A stretch of 64,000 bases of DNA from Thermoplasmata archaeon (lineage in GTDB: Archaea; Thermoplasmatota; Thermoplasmata; Thermoplasmatales; GCA-001856825), in the NCBI GenBank assembly GCA_021792255.1, contig JAJYUZ010000002.1, forward strand, positions 96,001 through 160,000. Direction: 5' to 3'. Made by a program: the position numbers and the translations under genes. The notes under the pieces are model-generated. The model did not search any database, was not told the DNA's origin, and saw only the letters and a program-made list of their open reading frames with translations. Below are positions 19,959 through 30,239 of this stretch, one piece after another (the first letter of the stretch is position 1; every line of letters starts with the position of its first letter).

Positions 19959-20627
19959 ATGTATTTGGATATAGAGAGGAAGATTGTTTTACCAGGAGAA
20001 GAGATAAGTCTAGAAGGAATGAAACAAGGAAACGGAATTTATCACGACGGCGGAAAGTACTACTCCTACCAGATGGGAGTAATTCAGACGTACAACAATT
20101 ATGCGAACGTAATTCCGTTGTCAGGAAAGTACTATCCTGTGAGAAATGACAGGGTAATAGGGAAGGTCGTTGACGTAGCACCCTCTTTCTGGATAATGGA
20201 CATAAGGGGGCCCTACCCGGGTTTCCTTCACATAAACGATACTCCATGGAAAAATTTGGATCAGGAGCTTAACAAGATACTAAGAGTAAGCGATACCGTA
20301 TTCCTGAAGGTCAACGAGATAACGGAGTCAAGGCAGATATGGCTCTCTCTCAAAGATGCGGGCCTGAGAAAGTTAGAGGGGGGTCACATAGTAATGGTCC
20401 AGCCTACAAAGGTATCCAGGATAATCGGTAAGGGTGGATCGATGGTCAATACCATAAAAGAACTGACTGGAGTGAAGGTCCAGTTGGGCCAGAACGGCGT
20501 GGTATGGCTTGACGGACCGGCGGACAAAGTCATGACCGTGAGAAAAATACTGAAGTACATTGAGAAGGAAGCGCATACTTCGGGACTGACGGATAGAGTG
20601 AAAAAGATACTAGAAGAGAGTAGGTGA
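19959..20627 (+). CDS. rrp4: Exosome RNA-binding subunit Rrp4
   Basis: VLPGE, S1 domain (Y.P...D.VIG.V), KH motif [15 protein letters not shown]. Confidence 0.93.
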   Translation: MYLDIERKIVLPGEEISLEGMKQGNGIYHDGGKYYSYQMGVIQTYNNYANVIPLSGKYYPVRNDRVIGKVVDVAPSFWIMDIRGPYPGFLHINDTPWKNLDQELNKILRVSDTVFLKVNEITESRQIWLSLKDAGLRKLEGGHIVMVQPTKVSRIIGKGGSMVNTIKELTGVKVQLGQNGVVWLDGPADKVMTVRKILKYIEKEAHTSGLTDRVKKILEESR

Positions 20628-20632
20628 TTGAA

Positions 20633-21388
20633 ATGGGAGGAACGCAAAGCGATATAAAACTGATGAACGAAGAAGGTTTGAGAATAGATGGAAGGAAATT
20701 CAACGAGCTGAGGCCAATACGAATTGAGGTAGGAGTTCTAAACAGGGCAGATGGCTCTGCCTACATAGAGTGGGGAGGGAACAAGGTTCTGGTTGCAGTA
20801 TATGGACCAAGGGAGGCATTCCCAAAACACACTCAGAATCCCTCAAGGGCCATAATAAATGCCAGATACAACATGGCAGCATTTTCTGTCGATGAAAGAA
20901 AGAGACCAGGACCGGACAGAAGGGCGGTTGAGATAAGCAAGGTCATTGGCGAGGCACTCGAGTGCGCGGTTTTCACGGAGCAGTTTCCGAGGACCAGCAT
21001 AGACGTTTACATAGAAGTGCTCCAGGCTGACGCAGGAACGAGAATTGCGGGTCTTACTGCGGCTTCGGTGGCATTGGTCGATGCAGGAATACCAATGAAA
21101 GATATGGTAGTTGGATGTGCGGCCGGGAAAATCGACGGTAAGGTCGTGCTAGATCTGAATAAAGAAGAGGATAACTACGGTCAGGCAGATCTCCCGATGG
21201 CAATAATTCCCAGAACGCAAGAAATAGTGCTTCTACAGATGGATGGAAATTTGACTCGGGAGGAACTGGAAGAGGCAGTGGAAATGTCAAAGAAGGCAGC
21301 GACGTACATCTCTGATCTTCAAAAAGAAGCTTTAATGGCCAAATATAAGAGTCAGGAACCAGAGAAGGAAGGTGAGCGCGATGAGTAA
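20633..21388 (+). CDS. rrp41: Exosome exonuclease Rrp41
   Basis: RIDGR...ELRP, ADGSAY, RYNMA.FS, PDRR, QADAGTR, DL..EED. Confidence 0.96.
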   Translation: MGGTQSDIKLMNEEGLRIDGRKFNELRPIRIEVGVLNRADGSAYIEWGGNKVLVAVYGPREAFPKHTQNPSRAIINARYNMAAFSVDERKRPGPDRRAVEISKVIGEALECAVFTEQFPRTSIDVYIEVLQADAGTRIAGLTAASVALVDAGIPMKDMVVGCAAGKIDGKVVLDLNKEEDNYGQADLPMAIIPRTQEIVLLQMDGNLTREELEEAVEMSKKAATYISDLQKEALMAKYKSQEPEKEGERDE

Positions 21389-22166
21389 AAGCGCTGATGA
21401 AATAGTATATGGATTGAAGAGGGAATACTTAGAGAAGATTTGCGCAGAAGGAAACAGGATCGACGGAAGAAAGCTAGATGAAATGAGGAATCTCGTCGTT
21501 AACACGAACTTCGTGCCTAGGGCAGAAGGATCAGCGGAAGTCAGGCTGGGGGACACTAGGGTCTTGGTCGGAATCAAGGTAGAACAGGGCGAACCCTTTC
21601 CCGATACTCCGAAGAGTGGCATATTGACCACAAATGCAGAGATGTTACCAATGGCTTCGCCGATTTTTGAATCTGGCCCGCCAAGTGAGGATGCAATAGA
21701 GCTGGCGAGAGTCGTCGACAGAGGAATAAGGGAGTCAAAGATGATCGATCTAGATAAACTTGTCATAAAGGAGGGAGAGAAGGTCTGGGTCGTCTTCATA
21801 GATATGCACATTCTAGATTACGACGGTAACTTGATCGACGCTTGCTCTATAGGTGCGGTAGCCGCACTTCTAAATTCCAAAGTCCCTGCGTCAGAGATCG
21901 GAGCTGAGGATTACCCACTACCAATAAGCCACGTCCCCGTCACCATAACTTTTGCAAAAATAGGATCAACTGTGGTAGCCGACCCGAACCTAGAGGAGGA
22001 GGAAGTTGCATCGGCAAGACTGTCCGTGGCGACAAACGAAAATGGAGACGTAGTCGCAATGCAGAAAGGTCTGGGGGGAAGCATAACTAAAGAGGAGCTT
22101 TTCTCTGCCGTAGACACCTCCATAAAAGTGGGAAAGGATATTAGGAAGAGAGTACTGGGGAGATGA
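21381..22166 (+). CDS. rrp42: Exosome subunit Rrp42
   Basis: [39 protein letters not shown]. Confidence 0.96.
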   Translation: MSKSADEIVYGLKREYLEKICAEGNRIDGRKLDEMRNLVVNTNFVPRAEGSAEVRLGDTRVLVGIKVEQGEPFPDTPKSGILTTNAEMLPMASPIFESGPPSEDAIELARVVDRGIRESKMIDLDKLVIKEGEKVWVVFIDMHILDYDGNLIDACSIGAVAALLNSKVPASEIGAEDYPLPISHVPVTITFAKIGSTVVADPNLEEEEVASARLSVATNENGDVVAMQKGLGGSITKEELFSAVDTSIKVGKDIRKRVLGR

Positions 22167-22170
22167 GTCA

Positions 22171-22428
22171 ATGGCGAAGAGGACAAGAAAGGTAGGAAGC
22201 TCTGGCAGATTCGGGGCCAGGTACGGTTCAACAGTCAAGAAGAGGTGGCTAGAGATGGAAAATCTCAGAAAGACAACGTACATCTGCCCTAGATGCCATC
22301 ACGTTTCGGTTAAGAGAGAGCACCCTGGGATATGGGAGTGCAGGAAGTGTGGGTTTGAATTTGTAGGAGACGCCTATGCTCCAGAGTTGAATACCGAGTT
22401 CAAAAAGGTGGACCTGGAAAATGTTTAA
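22171..22428 (+). CDS. rpl37ae: 50S ribosomal protein L37Ae
   Basis: GRFGARYG, CPRC, GIWECRKC. Confidence 0.95.
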   Translation: MAKRTRKVGSSGRFGARYGSTVKKRWLEMENLRKTTYICPRCHHVSVKREHPGIWECRKCGFEFVGDAYAPELNTEFKKVDLENV

Positions 22429-22552
22429 GTGCATAAGGTGTGGAAGGGAACTGAAAGACGAAGGAGATACGACACAGTTCGAGTGCGAGTGTGGGTCAAA
22501 GGTATTCGTCAGGATTCCCGGGAACGTTGTGAAGTCCGTAGAAGTCAAATAG
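22421..22552 (+). CDS. rpoP: RNA polymerase subunit P (Rpo12)
   Basis: Too short for the ORF track: MFKCIRCGRELKDEGDTTQFECECGSKVFVRIPGNVVKSVEVK, a Zn ribbon at the canonical position after rpl37ae. Confidence 0.88.
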   Translation: MFKCIRCGRELKDEGDTTQFECECGSKVFVRIPGNVVKSVEVK

Positions 22553-23623
22553 ATGTTCCTTTGTGACCACTGCAGGGAAAGGCTTTCCCACAGGCTCGTT
22601 CAACCATCGATTGATACAGGAATTTGTGACCTTTGTGGAAATCTGATGGAACACGTAGACGACTATTTCGAAATGTTTAAGGAAGAATCCAAACGTTATG
22701 AATTCTCAACTTTCCTGATAGGCGTCAGGACTTCCAAGGAGAGTTTACAAAAAGACAGGGAGATAATAGAGAGTGCCGGGACAAGGATAAGAAGCTACAA
22801 GGAAGAGTTTCAGTTCTTGCTGGGAAGCAAGATAGAACGGGAACTTCATTACACAGTGGATTTCGGTATGCCGGAATTCGTGTTTATGGTAAGCCAGGAG
22901 AATATGGATTATTCTATAAAGATCAAGTCGGTGTACATTAAGGGCAGGTACCTCAAGAAGAGAAGAGGTATTCCTCAATCTCCCTGGATAAAACCAGGGA
23001 GGGGAAAGGAAATGGAGAAATCTGTCTCTGAATACATCGGTCAGCAGGTGTGCAATGCCTTCGAAGGAAAGAACTATAACTTCTTTGCATTGGGAAGAGA
23101 AGACGTTGACGCCTTGATGCTTGGAACGGGAAGACCATTCTACGTACAGGTGGAGACTCCCACCAAGAGAAGCATTGACCTCACCAATCTGTCCGAACGG
23201 GTCCTGATGGAATCAAAGGAAGGAGTGGAGATAATCGACATATCAATGGCGAAACAGTCCGAGATCGACGGCATGAAAGATCTGAGGCCGGACAAGACCT
23301 ACGAGGTGGGATTGACAATAGAAGAAGGGAATAGGTCAGATCTGGAAGAGGTCCTGAAGAAGTACTCTAATTTTAAAATCGATCAGAGAACTCCAAGCCG
23401 GGTTTTAAACATACGCAAGGACAAAACAAGAGAAAGAAGAATAAGATCGATCGAAATTGAACGCTTCTCAGGGAAACAACTGATTTTGATTATAACTGCG
23501 GAAGCGGGAACTTATATCAAGGAATTCATAACGGGAGACAACGGCCGCACTGTTCCCAGCCTCAAGAATGAGTTGAACATAAACGTTAAAATAGATTATC
23601 TTAATGTGCTCGAGGTCAAATAG
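22553..23623 (+). CDS. pus10: tRNA pseudouridine(54/55) synthase Pus10
   Basis: N-terminal Cys pairs, GRYLK..RGIPQ, GREDVD, GTGRPF, QRTP.RV, AGTYIKE. Confidence 0.93.
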   Translation: MFLCDHCRERLSHRLVQPSIDTGICDLCGNLMEHVDDYFEMFKEESKRYEFSTFLIGVRTSKESLQKDREIIESAGTRIRSYKEEFQFLLGSKIERELHYTVDFGMPEFVFMVSQENMDYSIKIKSVYIKGRYLKKRRGIPQSPWIKPGRGKEMEKSVSEYIGQQVCNAFEGKNYNFFALGREDVDALMLGTGRPFYVQVETPTKRSIDLTNLSERVLMESKEGVEIIDISMAKQSEIDGMKDLRPDKTYEVGLTIEEGNRSDLEEVLKKYSNFKIDQRTPSRVLNIRKDKTRERRIRSIEIERFSGKQLILIITAEAGTYIKEFITGDNGRTVPSLKNELNINVKIDYLNVLEVK

Positions 23624-23632
23624 GGGATAAAA

Positions 23633-23923
23633 ATGGCGAAAATGTCTCATGGTCCTAGATCTAAAACGAGATACAAGCTGAGGAAGAAGCTAAAAGAGAA
23701 GGGACCAGTTACCGTAAACAGGATAGTTAAGAGGTTCGAGGTAGGAGACAGTGTAGCCATCGATATTGAACCATCATTTCACAATGGAATGCCTTTCAAG
23801 AGATTTCAAGGTATGACTGGCGTGGTAGAGGGACAAAGAGGAGATGCCTACATTGTAAAGATAAGCGATCAGGGGAAACCGAAAACAGTTGTCGCTTATC
23901 CAATACACCTGAAAAGGGCGTGA
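23633..23923 (+). CDS. rpl21e: 50S ribosomal protein L21e
   Basis: SHG.R..TR, GMP.KRFQG.TG, HLK. Confidence 0.95.
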   Translation: MAKMSHGPRSKTRYKLRKKLKEKGPVTVNRIVKRFEVGDSVAIDIEPSFHNGMPFKRFQGMTGVVEGQRGDAYIVKISDQGKPKTVVAYPIHLKRA

Positions 23924-23932
23924 ACACGAAGA

Positions 23933-24244
23933 ATGAAGATAGATTATATCCCTCTGGCTAAGGCAAAGGAGCTCCTCAACGACGCATCCAAGGAGAGGGA
24001 ACTCAACGACGTCCAGACGTCAGCTCTGAAACACGTCAGCAAATTCTCAAAGATATCAGCAGACAAGGCTGCAAAACTTCAAAAGGAACTGGTAGCACTT
24101 GGGCTGGAAGATATAATGGCAGTAAAGGTCATAGACATCATGCCTGCGAACCTAGATGAGCTTAGATCCGTTCTATATCCTCGGATCCAGAATCTGGATC
24201 AGGATCTTGGCAACAAAATTGTCGAAACTCTTCACAAAAGGTGA
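23933..24244 (+). CDS. rpoF: RNA polymerase subunit F (Rpo4)
   Basis: HRDC-like AVKVIDIMP...ELRS; conserved order rpl21e-rpoF-DUF655-rsmA. Confidence 0.9.
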   Translation: MKIDYIPLAKAKELLNDASKERELNDVQTSALKHVSKFSKISADKAAKLQKELVALGLEDIMAVKVIDIMPANLDELRSVLYPRIQNLDQDLGNKIVETLHKR

Positions 24245-24798
24245 TTTTTTTGGAAGAGTATGCGTATGTACTTGATATTCTACCACAAGGAAGAATGGAG
24301 GAAAAGGCATTCAAAAGGATACCACTATCCCTCGCAATCGGAGAGGAAGAGCTGAAACTCTTTGAGTTGATCCCGAAGCAGGGCATCGTAATGATGATCG
24401 GCGATAGGGTGTACATAGGAAAAGACATTGAAAAGAGGGACAAGATAGGTAGTGTCAGAAGAAGGATATCATTCGATGAACTCACCCCAGGTGCGCAGAA
24501 CGAAATAGAATTTGTGCTCAGGCAAATTATAGAAAAGAACGAACCGCGGTTTGTAAATTTCTTCAACAGTGCCCAACCAGTTACAGCAAGGCTTCATCAG
24601 CTAGACCTGCTTTACGGCGTCGGAAAAAACTTGATGTGGGAAATACTCGACGAGAGGAAAAAGGGACCCTTCAAGAATTTCCAGGACCTTAAGACCAGAG
24701 TAAAGGGCCTGAGGGACCCCGAAAAGATGATCACGGAAAGGATCATAAGAGAACTGAGAAACAAGGAAGAGAGACACAGGCTATTCGTTTCCGGATAA
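24241..24798 (+). CDS. DUF655 putative RNA-binding protein
   Basis: EEYAYVLD, RFVNFFN.A.P.T.RLHQL.LL.GVG HhH; synteny. Confidence 0.9.
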   Translation: MIFLEEYAYVLDILPQGRMEEKAFKRIPLSLAIGEEELKLFELIPKQGIVMMIGDRVYIGKDIEKRDKIGSVRRRISFDELTPGAQNEIEFVLRQIIEKNEPRFVNFFNSAQPVTARLHQLDLLYGVGKNLMWEILDERKKGPFKNFQDLKTRVKGLRDPEKMITERIIRELRNKEERHRLFVSG

Positions 24799-24801
24799 GC
24801 A

Positions 24802-25506
24802 ATGCGAAGAAGCAAACAGGCAGGGATAAACTTCCTTAACGATCCAAGACTGGCAGAGAGAATAGTCTCTGCTGTCGACTACTCTGGTAAAGATGTGCTG
24901 GAGGTGGGGGCTGGACTGGGTCAGCTCACAAGATTCTTTCAGAACTACAGGTCGCTGACACTGATTGAACGAGAAAGCGATTTCGCAGAGCGATTAAGGA
25001 AATCTTTTCCGGCTGCCACAGTAATAAATGAAGATGCACTGAAAGTTCAGTGGCCAAAGTTCGATGTGTTTGTTTCCAACATGCCTTATTCTATCTCCTC
25101 CCCCCTTCTGGAGAAGCTCTGGAATTCTAGCTTTGAAGTAGGGGTGGTCACTATCCAAAAGGAGGTGGCGGACAGGATTACTGCCCTTCCCAAGACCAAG
25201 GATTATTCAAGGCTGTCTATAATGATGCAGTTGAAATTCAATGTCCAAAGGGAATTTGACATTCCCCCCTCTAAATTTACTCCCTCTCCGAAGGTCTACA
25301 GCACCGTCCTCAGGCTTGAGAGAAGAGACACAAAGATTCCGGATGGATTTGATGAGTTTCTGAAATTACTTTTCTCGCAGAGGAGAAAGAAGCTTAGGAA
25401 CATCTTAGATTCAGAATCGTCAGGAGAAAAGAGGCCAGAAGAACTCACACTTCCAGAACTGATAGAGCTTTTCGAGAAAATCAGCGCGCGGCAACGATCT
25501 TTATGA
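24802..25506 (+). CDS. rsmA: 16S rRNA m6,2A dimethyltransferase KsgA/Dim1
   Basis: NFL, LEVGAGLG, SNMPYSISS, QKEVADR, F.PSPKVYS. Confidence 0.93.
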   Translation: MRRSKQAGINFLNDPRLAERIVSAVDYSGKDVLEVGAGLGQLTRFFQNYRSLTLIERESDFAERLRKSFPAATVINEDALKVQWPKFDVFVSNMPYSISSPLLEKLWNSSFEVGVVTIQKEVADRITALPKTKDYSRLSIMMQLKFNVQREFDIPPSKFTPSPKVYSTVLRLERRDTKIPDGFDEFLKLLFSQRRKKLRNILDSESSGEKRPEELTLPELIELFEKISARQRSL

Positions 25507-26668
25507 CGTCTCCATCTTCTAGCACGTAATCCCTCCCCAATACTCTCTTGGTTCTACCATTAACTGCTCTGATGAATCTCTCTCCTAGATCAGAGTGTAC
25601 TTTGTAGGCTAGGTCTATGGCGGTTGAACCTTGTTTCATCAGAACAGCATCTGGAAGAACGTTGCCGTTCTTATCTGTCCAATGATTTTCATCTTCGACT
25701 GGATAAACAACGATCATCTTTAGCACATTGTAGACGAGATATTCAACGGCCTGCTGTGTTTTTGTTCCGCGATTATGGACCATGAAGTCGCTAACTTTCT
25801 TAAGGGCTTCCCTCTGAGCTGCGTTGAGCCTTCCCTCATCCGCCACTCTAAATGACTCATCTCCAGGGAAATAATCAATGAGTCCAGCCTTCGAAGCCTT
25901 TCTCAGCACTAACTCGTAATCTCCAGATACGACCAGAGCTTCCCTTTCTATCAATTTGGAAGCTTCGTTTGAATCTATCTTATCTCCCTTTGTAGCTACG
26001 ATGATTCCGGGTTTTGAAAGTCTTATTATTTCCTCTGCTAATCGAATGGTAACCTGATCGTCCCAGTTTCTCAGATTGCTCGGAATTGCAGCATTCTTTA
26101 CGGCCAGAGAGACGTCCTTCTGGTCTATACCTAGTCCGGATATCTTCTCATAAATTATTGCATCCAGTTTCCCCCCCTCGCTTTCAATCTTTCTTAGATT
26201 CCGAATGAGCCCATCAGAAAGGATGTTGGTCAACCACAGTACGATCTCTTTGTGTACAAACTCTGCATCTGCCAAAGGATCGTATTTGCCTTTCCCGACA
26301 GGATTACCGTTCTGATCCAAAGATCCTGTTGAGTCAATGACCTGAATGAATCCATCTGCTCTCCTCAGATCATCGAGGAATTTATTGCCCAACCCCTTGC
26401 CTTCGTGTGCGCCTGGTACCAGGCCCGCAACATCTATCAGCTCGACGGGAACCAGTCTGGTTCCATTGACACATCTTCCAAAGTTCGGGTTGCACTTTTT
26501 TCCCAGTTCTGTGTCTGGACATCTGGACCTGATATAGGTCACACCCTTGTTTGACTCTATGGTGGTGAAAGGATAGTCAGCTATTTCAACCGGATTTTCG
26601 GTTAGGGCAGAGAAAAAAGTACTCTTGCCTACGTTTGGTTTTCCTATTATACCAACCAGGATGCTCAT
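25481..26668 (-). CDS. ychF: YchF/Ola1-family OBG ATPase with TGS domain
   Basis: GKPNVGKST, YPFTTI, DVAGLV, GLGNKFL, C-terminal TGS domain. Confidence 0.92.
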   Translation of the reverse strand: MSILVGIIGKPNVGKSTFFSALTENPVEIADYPFTTIESNKGVTYIRSRCPDTELGKKCNPNFGRCVNGTRLVPVELIDVAGLVPGAHEGKGLGNKFLDDLRRADGFIQVIDSTGSLDQNGNPVGKGKYDPLADAEFVHKEIVLWLTNILSDGLIRNLRKIESEGGKLDAIIYEKISGLGIDQKDVSLAVKNAAIPSNLRNWDDQVTIRLAEEIIRLSKPGIIVATKGDKIDSNEASKLIEREALVVSGDYELVLRKASKAGLIDYFPGDESFRVADEGRLNAAQREALKKVSDFMVHNRGTKTQQAVEYLVYNVLKMIVVYPVEDENHWTDKNGNVLPDAVLMKQGSTAIDLAYKVHSDLGERFIRAVNGRTKRVLGRDYVLEDGDVIKIVAAR

Positions 26669-27087
26669 TCTATCTTAACTTCTACTAAACCGTAACCTCT
26701 CGGACATTTTCCATCCTGCACGCTGCTCACCTTGATCTTTGACTTGTCTTTCATGTAACTAAGAATGCAGATATCTGCATGCTGACAGAAATAATCGTCG
26801 CAGTCTGGTCGCTTGTAGGTGACCTTTGCACCCTCCTTGGAGATCTTTTTCGGAATCATTACACTCCTCACTTCTTCTTTTACCTCTACGGTGTAAACTT
26901 TGTCTGCCTCGTGAATGAAACACTTGTGCTCCTTTTCTCTGAATTTAACGACCCTGTAATACGAACCGGGTGTGAGGTTGTGGCACACGTTCTTCAGATT
27001 GCAAACATTACACTCTTGAGCTGGGGAAAAATACTGGAACACCGCACCTTCTTTGGTCAGATTTTTTGGTACAAGTGTTATTACCAT
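26665..27087 (-). CDS. UPF0179 family Cys-rich protein
   Basis: ITL, C..C.LK.VC.NL, H.C..H, C....C; usual neighbour of egsA. Confidence 0.85.
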   Translation of the reverse strand: MVITLVPKNLTKEGAVFQYFSPAQECNVCNLKNVCHNLTPGSYYRVVKFREKEHKCFIHEADKVYTVEVKEEVRSVMIPKKISKEGAKVTYKRPDCDDYFCQHADICILSYMKDKSKIKVSSVQDGKCPRGYGLVEVKIE

Positions 27088-28145
27088 TATGCAACGCCCG
27101 TCAGGTGTAATGCTTCCCGGGCAGCACTTTCGCTAAGCCCACTTTCTCCCAGTATTGTGTATCTGTCGGGTCTTGTCTTGTGTGCCATCATAAGAGCCTG
27201 AATCGCATCTTCCTCTGTGAGAGAGACCTGATCAAGCGTTGTTGGTGCACCTATCGTCTGGAGTGTGTTCTTGATCATTACCCAGTCAGCTCCATGTAGG
27301 TACATGGCAATTATAGAACCTATTCCACAGAGCTCTCCATGCAATCCATTACCTTTTTTGATTGTGTTTACTGCGTGAGCAAACATATGCTCAGAACCAG
27401 ATGCAGGTCTTGAACTTCCCGCAACGCTCATCGCGATGCCGGAAAATACGATCTGTTTTATTACTAGCCACACGCTCTCTTCGATGTGTGGTTTGATCTG
27501 TGAGGCGTTATTGATTATTTCTCTTGCGGCAAATTCAGAAATTGCATAGGCTGAACTGCTCACCTTTTCTCCCTTTAATCGATGACCGAGATTCCAGTCC
27601 CTTAGTGCGGGTAGATTGGAAAGGACATCAGCTGCGCCCGATGCAAGGAATCTGAAAGGGGCAGTAACTATGATTTCGGTGTCTGCAATAATTGCAGCCG
27701 GCATCGTGGCTTCTACGGAATAGGACAGACCATTCTTACTTATAGTAGCCCTTGGGCTCGCGACACCATCATGACTTGCAGAAGTAGGAATAGAGATGAA
27801 ATCCAGTCCCAAGTCAAAAGCACTCTTCTTTGCAATGTCGATCTTGCTCCCTCCTCCTATTCCAATTATTACCCTTGCATCGACTTTCCTGGTCTGCTCT
27901 TTTACTTTCTCTACGTTTTCTTCTGTAGCCTGACCCGTGATGACAATACTGGTTTCTATACCTGAAGACTTAAGAAGATCCTTAACTCGTTCACCTGCTA
28001 GCTTCACGGTGGTCTGACCAGTAACTATTATCCCACTTTTCGAACTCGTAAGTTTGTTGAAGACCTCACCAGTCTTTTCTATTGCACCGTGGCCGCCGAT
28101 CACTTCTCTAGGAAGGATCATCTCTGCCAATTTCTCGAATGGCAC
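27087..28145 (-). CDS. egsA: sn-glycerol-1-phosphate dehydrogenase
   Basis: GGGSKID, PTSASHDG.ASP, SSRPASGSEH, LHGE.CG, RYTILG. Confidence 0.95.
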   Translation of the reverse strand: MPFEKLAEMILPREVIGGHGAIEKTGEVFNKLTSSKSGIIVTGQTTVKLAGERVKDLLKSSGIETSIVITGQATEENVEKVKEQTRKVDARVIIGIGGGSKIDIAKKSAFDLGLDFISIPTSASHDGVASPRATISKNGLSYSVEATMPAAIIADTEIIVTAPFRFLASGAADVLSNLPALRDWNLGHRLKGEKVSSSAYAISEFAAREIINNASQIKPHIEESVWLVIKQIVFSGIAMSVAGSSRPASGSEHMFAHAVNTIKKGNGLHGELCGIGSIIAMYLHGADWVMIKNTLQTIGAPTTLDQVSLTEEDAIQALMMAHKTRPDRYTILGESGLSESAAREALHLTGVA

Positions 28146-28204
28146 ACCGCCATATCCAATATTGATTATTTATCGTTTGCCTGTTCTAACCGATGCTTCT
28201 ACTT

Positions 28205-29419
28205 TCAAGTTCCCTCTTGCCAGGAATTTATGTAGCGTAGCTGTTCTCTAGTGAGCTCATCTATTTTTATTCCATATGAGTGAAGATAGGTATTTGCCAC
28301 CTCGAGATCAATTTCATTCGGAACCGGGTAGACTTTTGGTCGTTTTGGAGAATTTTCAGCTATGTACTGAGCCGTAAGCGCTTGAATAGAAAATGAAAGG
28401 TCCATTATTTCTACCGGGTGTCCTTGGCCGGAAGCGAGATTTACTAACCTCCCATCCGACAGTACATAAGCCTTCTTCTTCCCGATAGAATATTGCTTAA
28501 CGTTCTTTCTCACTTCCTTTCCCCTTCCAAATTTCTTTTCTATATCATCTACTGCAACTTCGTTGTTGAAGTGCCCAGAATTTGCAAGAATGATGCCATC
28601 CTTAGCATCTTTAAGAAGTTCTGGAGTGACAATATCTTTTACTCCAGTAGCCGTAATCAAAAAGTCTGCATAGCCTATGGCCTCCTTCATGGGCCTTACT
28701 ACGAATCCATCCATGTGTGCCTCAATTGATTTGAATGGATCTATTTCTGTAACCGTAACCCTCGCTCCTAGACCCCTCATTTTGTTTGCGATTCCTCTGC
28801 CACACCATCCATATCCTCCCACCACCACATTCTTTCCAGCAATCACAAGATTTGTTGCGGTGAGTAAACCATCGATCGTGCTCTGTCCGGTTCCGTACCT
28901 GTTGTCGAATAGATGCTTCATTAAGGCATCGTTAACGTCAAACATAGGAAATTTGAGTGCCTTAGCCTTTTCCATATTCTTGAGCCTCAGTACTCCAGTA
29001 GTTGTTTCCTCGTTCCCGCCTTTGATATTCCCATAAACGCTCTTGTCTTTTAGCGCAAGGGCTGTCAGATCTCCCCCATCGTCTATTATGATATCGGGCT
29101 CTGACTCAATAGTCCTGTACAGGTCCTCATAATACTCGTCCCTGGTAAGCCCCCTCTTCGCAAATACGTTAACGCCATAATCTTCCTTTAGGGAAAGAGC
29201 AACTTCATCGTCGGTGCTGAGTGGATTGCATCCCGATATCCTCACATTTGCCCCACCCTGTTTGAGTGTGTAAGCGAGTACAGCCGTCTTGGCCTCGAGG
29301 TGAAGGGCCATAGATATCTTTAGATTTTTGAAGGGTTTTTTGGAAACGAAATCATTTCTTATACTCTCCAGAACAGGCATCCATTTCATTGCCCACTGAA
29401 TCTTATTCCTGCCATTCAT
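28205..29419 (-). CDS. ahcY: S-adenosylhomocysteine hydrolase
   Basis: HLEAKTA, CNPLST, DDGGD, EETTTG, FDNRYGTGQS, GYGWCGRG, GHP.EIMDLSF. Confidence 0.96.
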   Translation of the reverse strand: MNGRNKIQWAMKWMPVLESIRNDFVSKKPFKNLKISMALHLEAKTAVLAYTLKQGGANVRISGCNPLSTDDEVALSLKEDYGVNVFAKRGLTRDEYYEDLYRTIESEPDIIIDDGGDLTALALKDKSVYGNIKGGNEETTTGVLRLKNMEKAKALKFPMFDVNDALMKHLFDNRYGTGQSTIDGLLTATNLVIAGKNVVVGGYGWCGRGIANKMRGLGARVTVTEIDPFKSIEAHMDGFVVRPMKEAIGYADFLITATGVKDIVTPELLKDAKDGIILANSGHFNNEVAVDDIEKKFGRGKEVRKNVKQYSIGKKKAYVLSDGRLVNLASGQGHPVEIMDLSFSIQALTAQYIAENSPKRPKVYPVPNEIDLEVANTYLHSYGIKIDELTREQLRYINSWQEGT

Positions 29420-29439
29420 GAACTAGGAACTCTCTGTCG

Positions 29440-30078
29440 TTAAAATCTTTTTTTGATTTTGAGGAGAAATCCATCTCCCAGCCTTGACATTACTGCAGAT
29501 CCTAACTTTAAAGGTTCATCTAGAGAGCCAAACATAGTTACACCTTCTTCTCCAATTAAAATTGGTGAATAGAAAATAGTGAGTTCATCCCAGTTACCGT
29601 CCTTAACGAAGGAAGTGATCACGGATTTGCCTCCCTCTATCATAATTTTTCGGTATCCCAATTTTCCGAGTTCTTGAATTACAAAGTCAGAACTGGGAGA
29701 CTGATCATGGCTTTTTCTAATTATCACTTTGGATTTAAAATTACCAGCGAAATTGTCTTGATGCGCGCCATTGCCACAGAACATCACGACGTCTCTCTGA
29801 TAGGCGAACACTCTCGAATTTAAATTAACTGTCAAATTCGAGTCCAAAATTGCAGCATCCGGGATATGATCCGACTGGTAGTATTTTTCATTAACAATCA
29901 ACTTCGGATCGTCTGAGTTTATCGTGTTCTTTCCAACCAATATAATGTCAGATTCTGATCTCATCTTATGAACTCTTGCAAGATCCTCAAAATTGGAAAA
30001 TTTGAATGCCTTACCCCCCTTCGAAGCAATCTTTCCGTCAAGTGAACACGCAAGATTAATCGCGACGTGGGGTTTCAT
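29440..30078 (-). CDS. RibD C-terminal-like pyrimidine nucleotide reductase
   Basis: A.SLDGKI, S..EDL.RVH..R, VGKNT...DDP.L, EGG. Confidence 0.85.
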   Translation of the reverse strand: MKPHVAINLACSLDGKIASKGGKAFKFSNFEDLARVHKMRSESDIILVGKNTINSDDPKLIVNEKYYQSDHIPDAAILDSNLTVNLNSRVFAYQRDVVMFCGNGAHQDNFAGNFKSKVIIRKSHDQSPSSDFVIQELGKLGYRKIMIEGGKSVITSFVKDGNWDELTIFYSPILIGEEGVTMFGSLDEPLKLGSAVMSRLGDGFLLKIKKRF

Positions 30079-30200
30079 TCTACTATAAATCAGTCAGAAA
30101 TATTATAATTTACGTTAGAAAGTACGTGAATGGTACCCGTACTCTAGATAAGAATTGCAGTCGCTCATTGATTTTTCTTGCGGAGACCAATTCCTCAATC

Positions 30201-30233
30201 TTTAAGTAAGGTTTAATTAGGGTAACCTAATTA
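30201..30233 (+). promoter_or_regulatory. TATA box (tttaagta) followed by a DtxR-type operator palindrome TAATTAGG-gtaa-CCTAATTA
   Basis: Perfect 8-bp inverted repeat at 30214-30233, 6 nt upstream of the DtxR-family GTG; resembles the TTAGG..CCTAA DtxR/IdeR box. Confidence 0.75.
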
Positions 30234-30239
30234 CGAAAA

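Noticed and set aside
22550-22555. In-frame TAG between rpoP and pus10 as pyrrolysine read-through
   Set aside because: Both proteins are complete on their own and an ATG follows immediately; simple translational coupling suffices.
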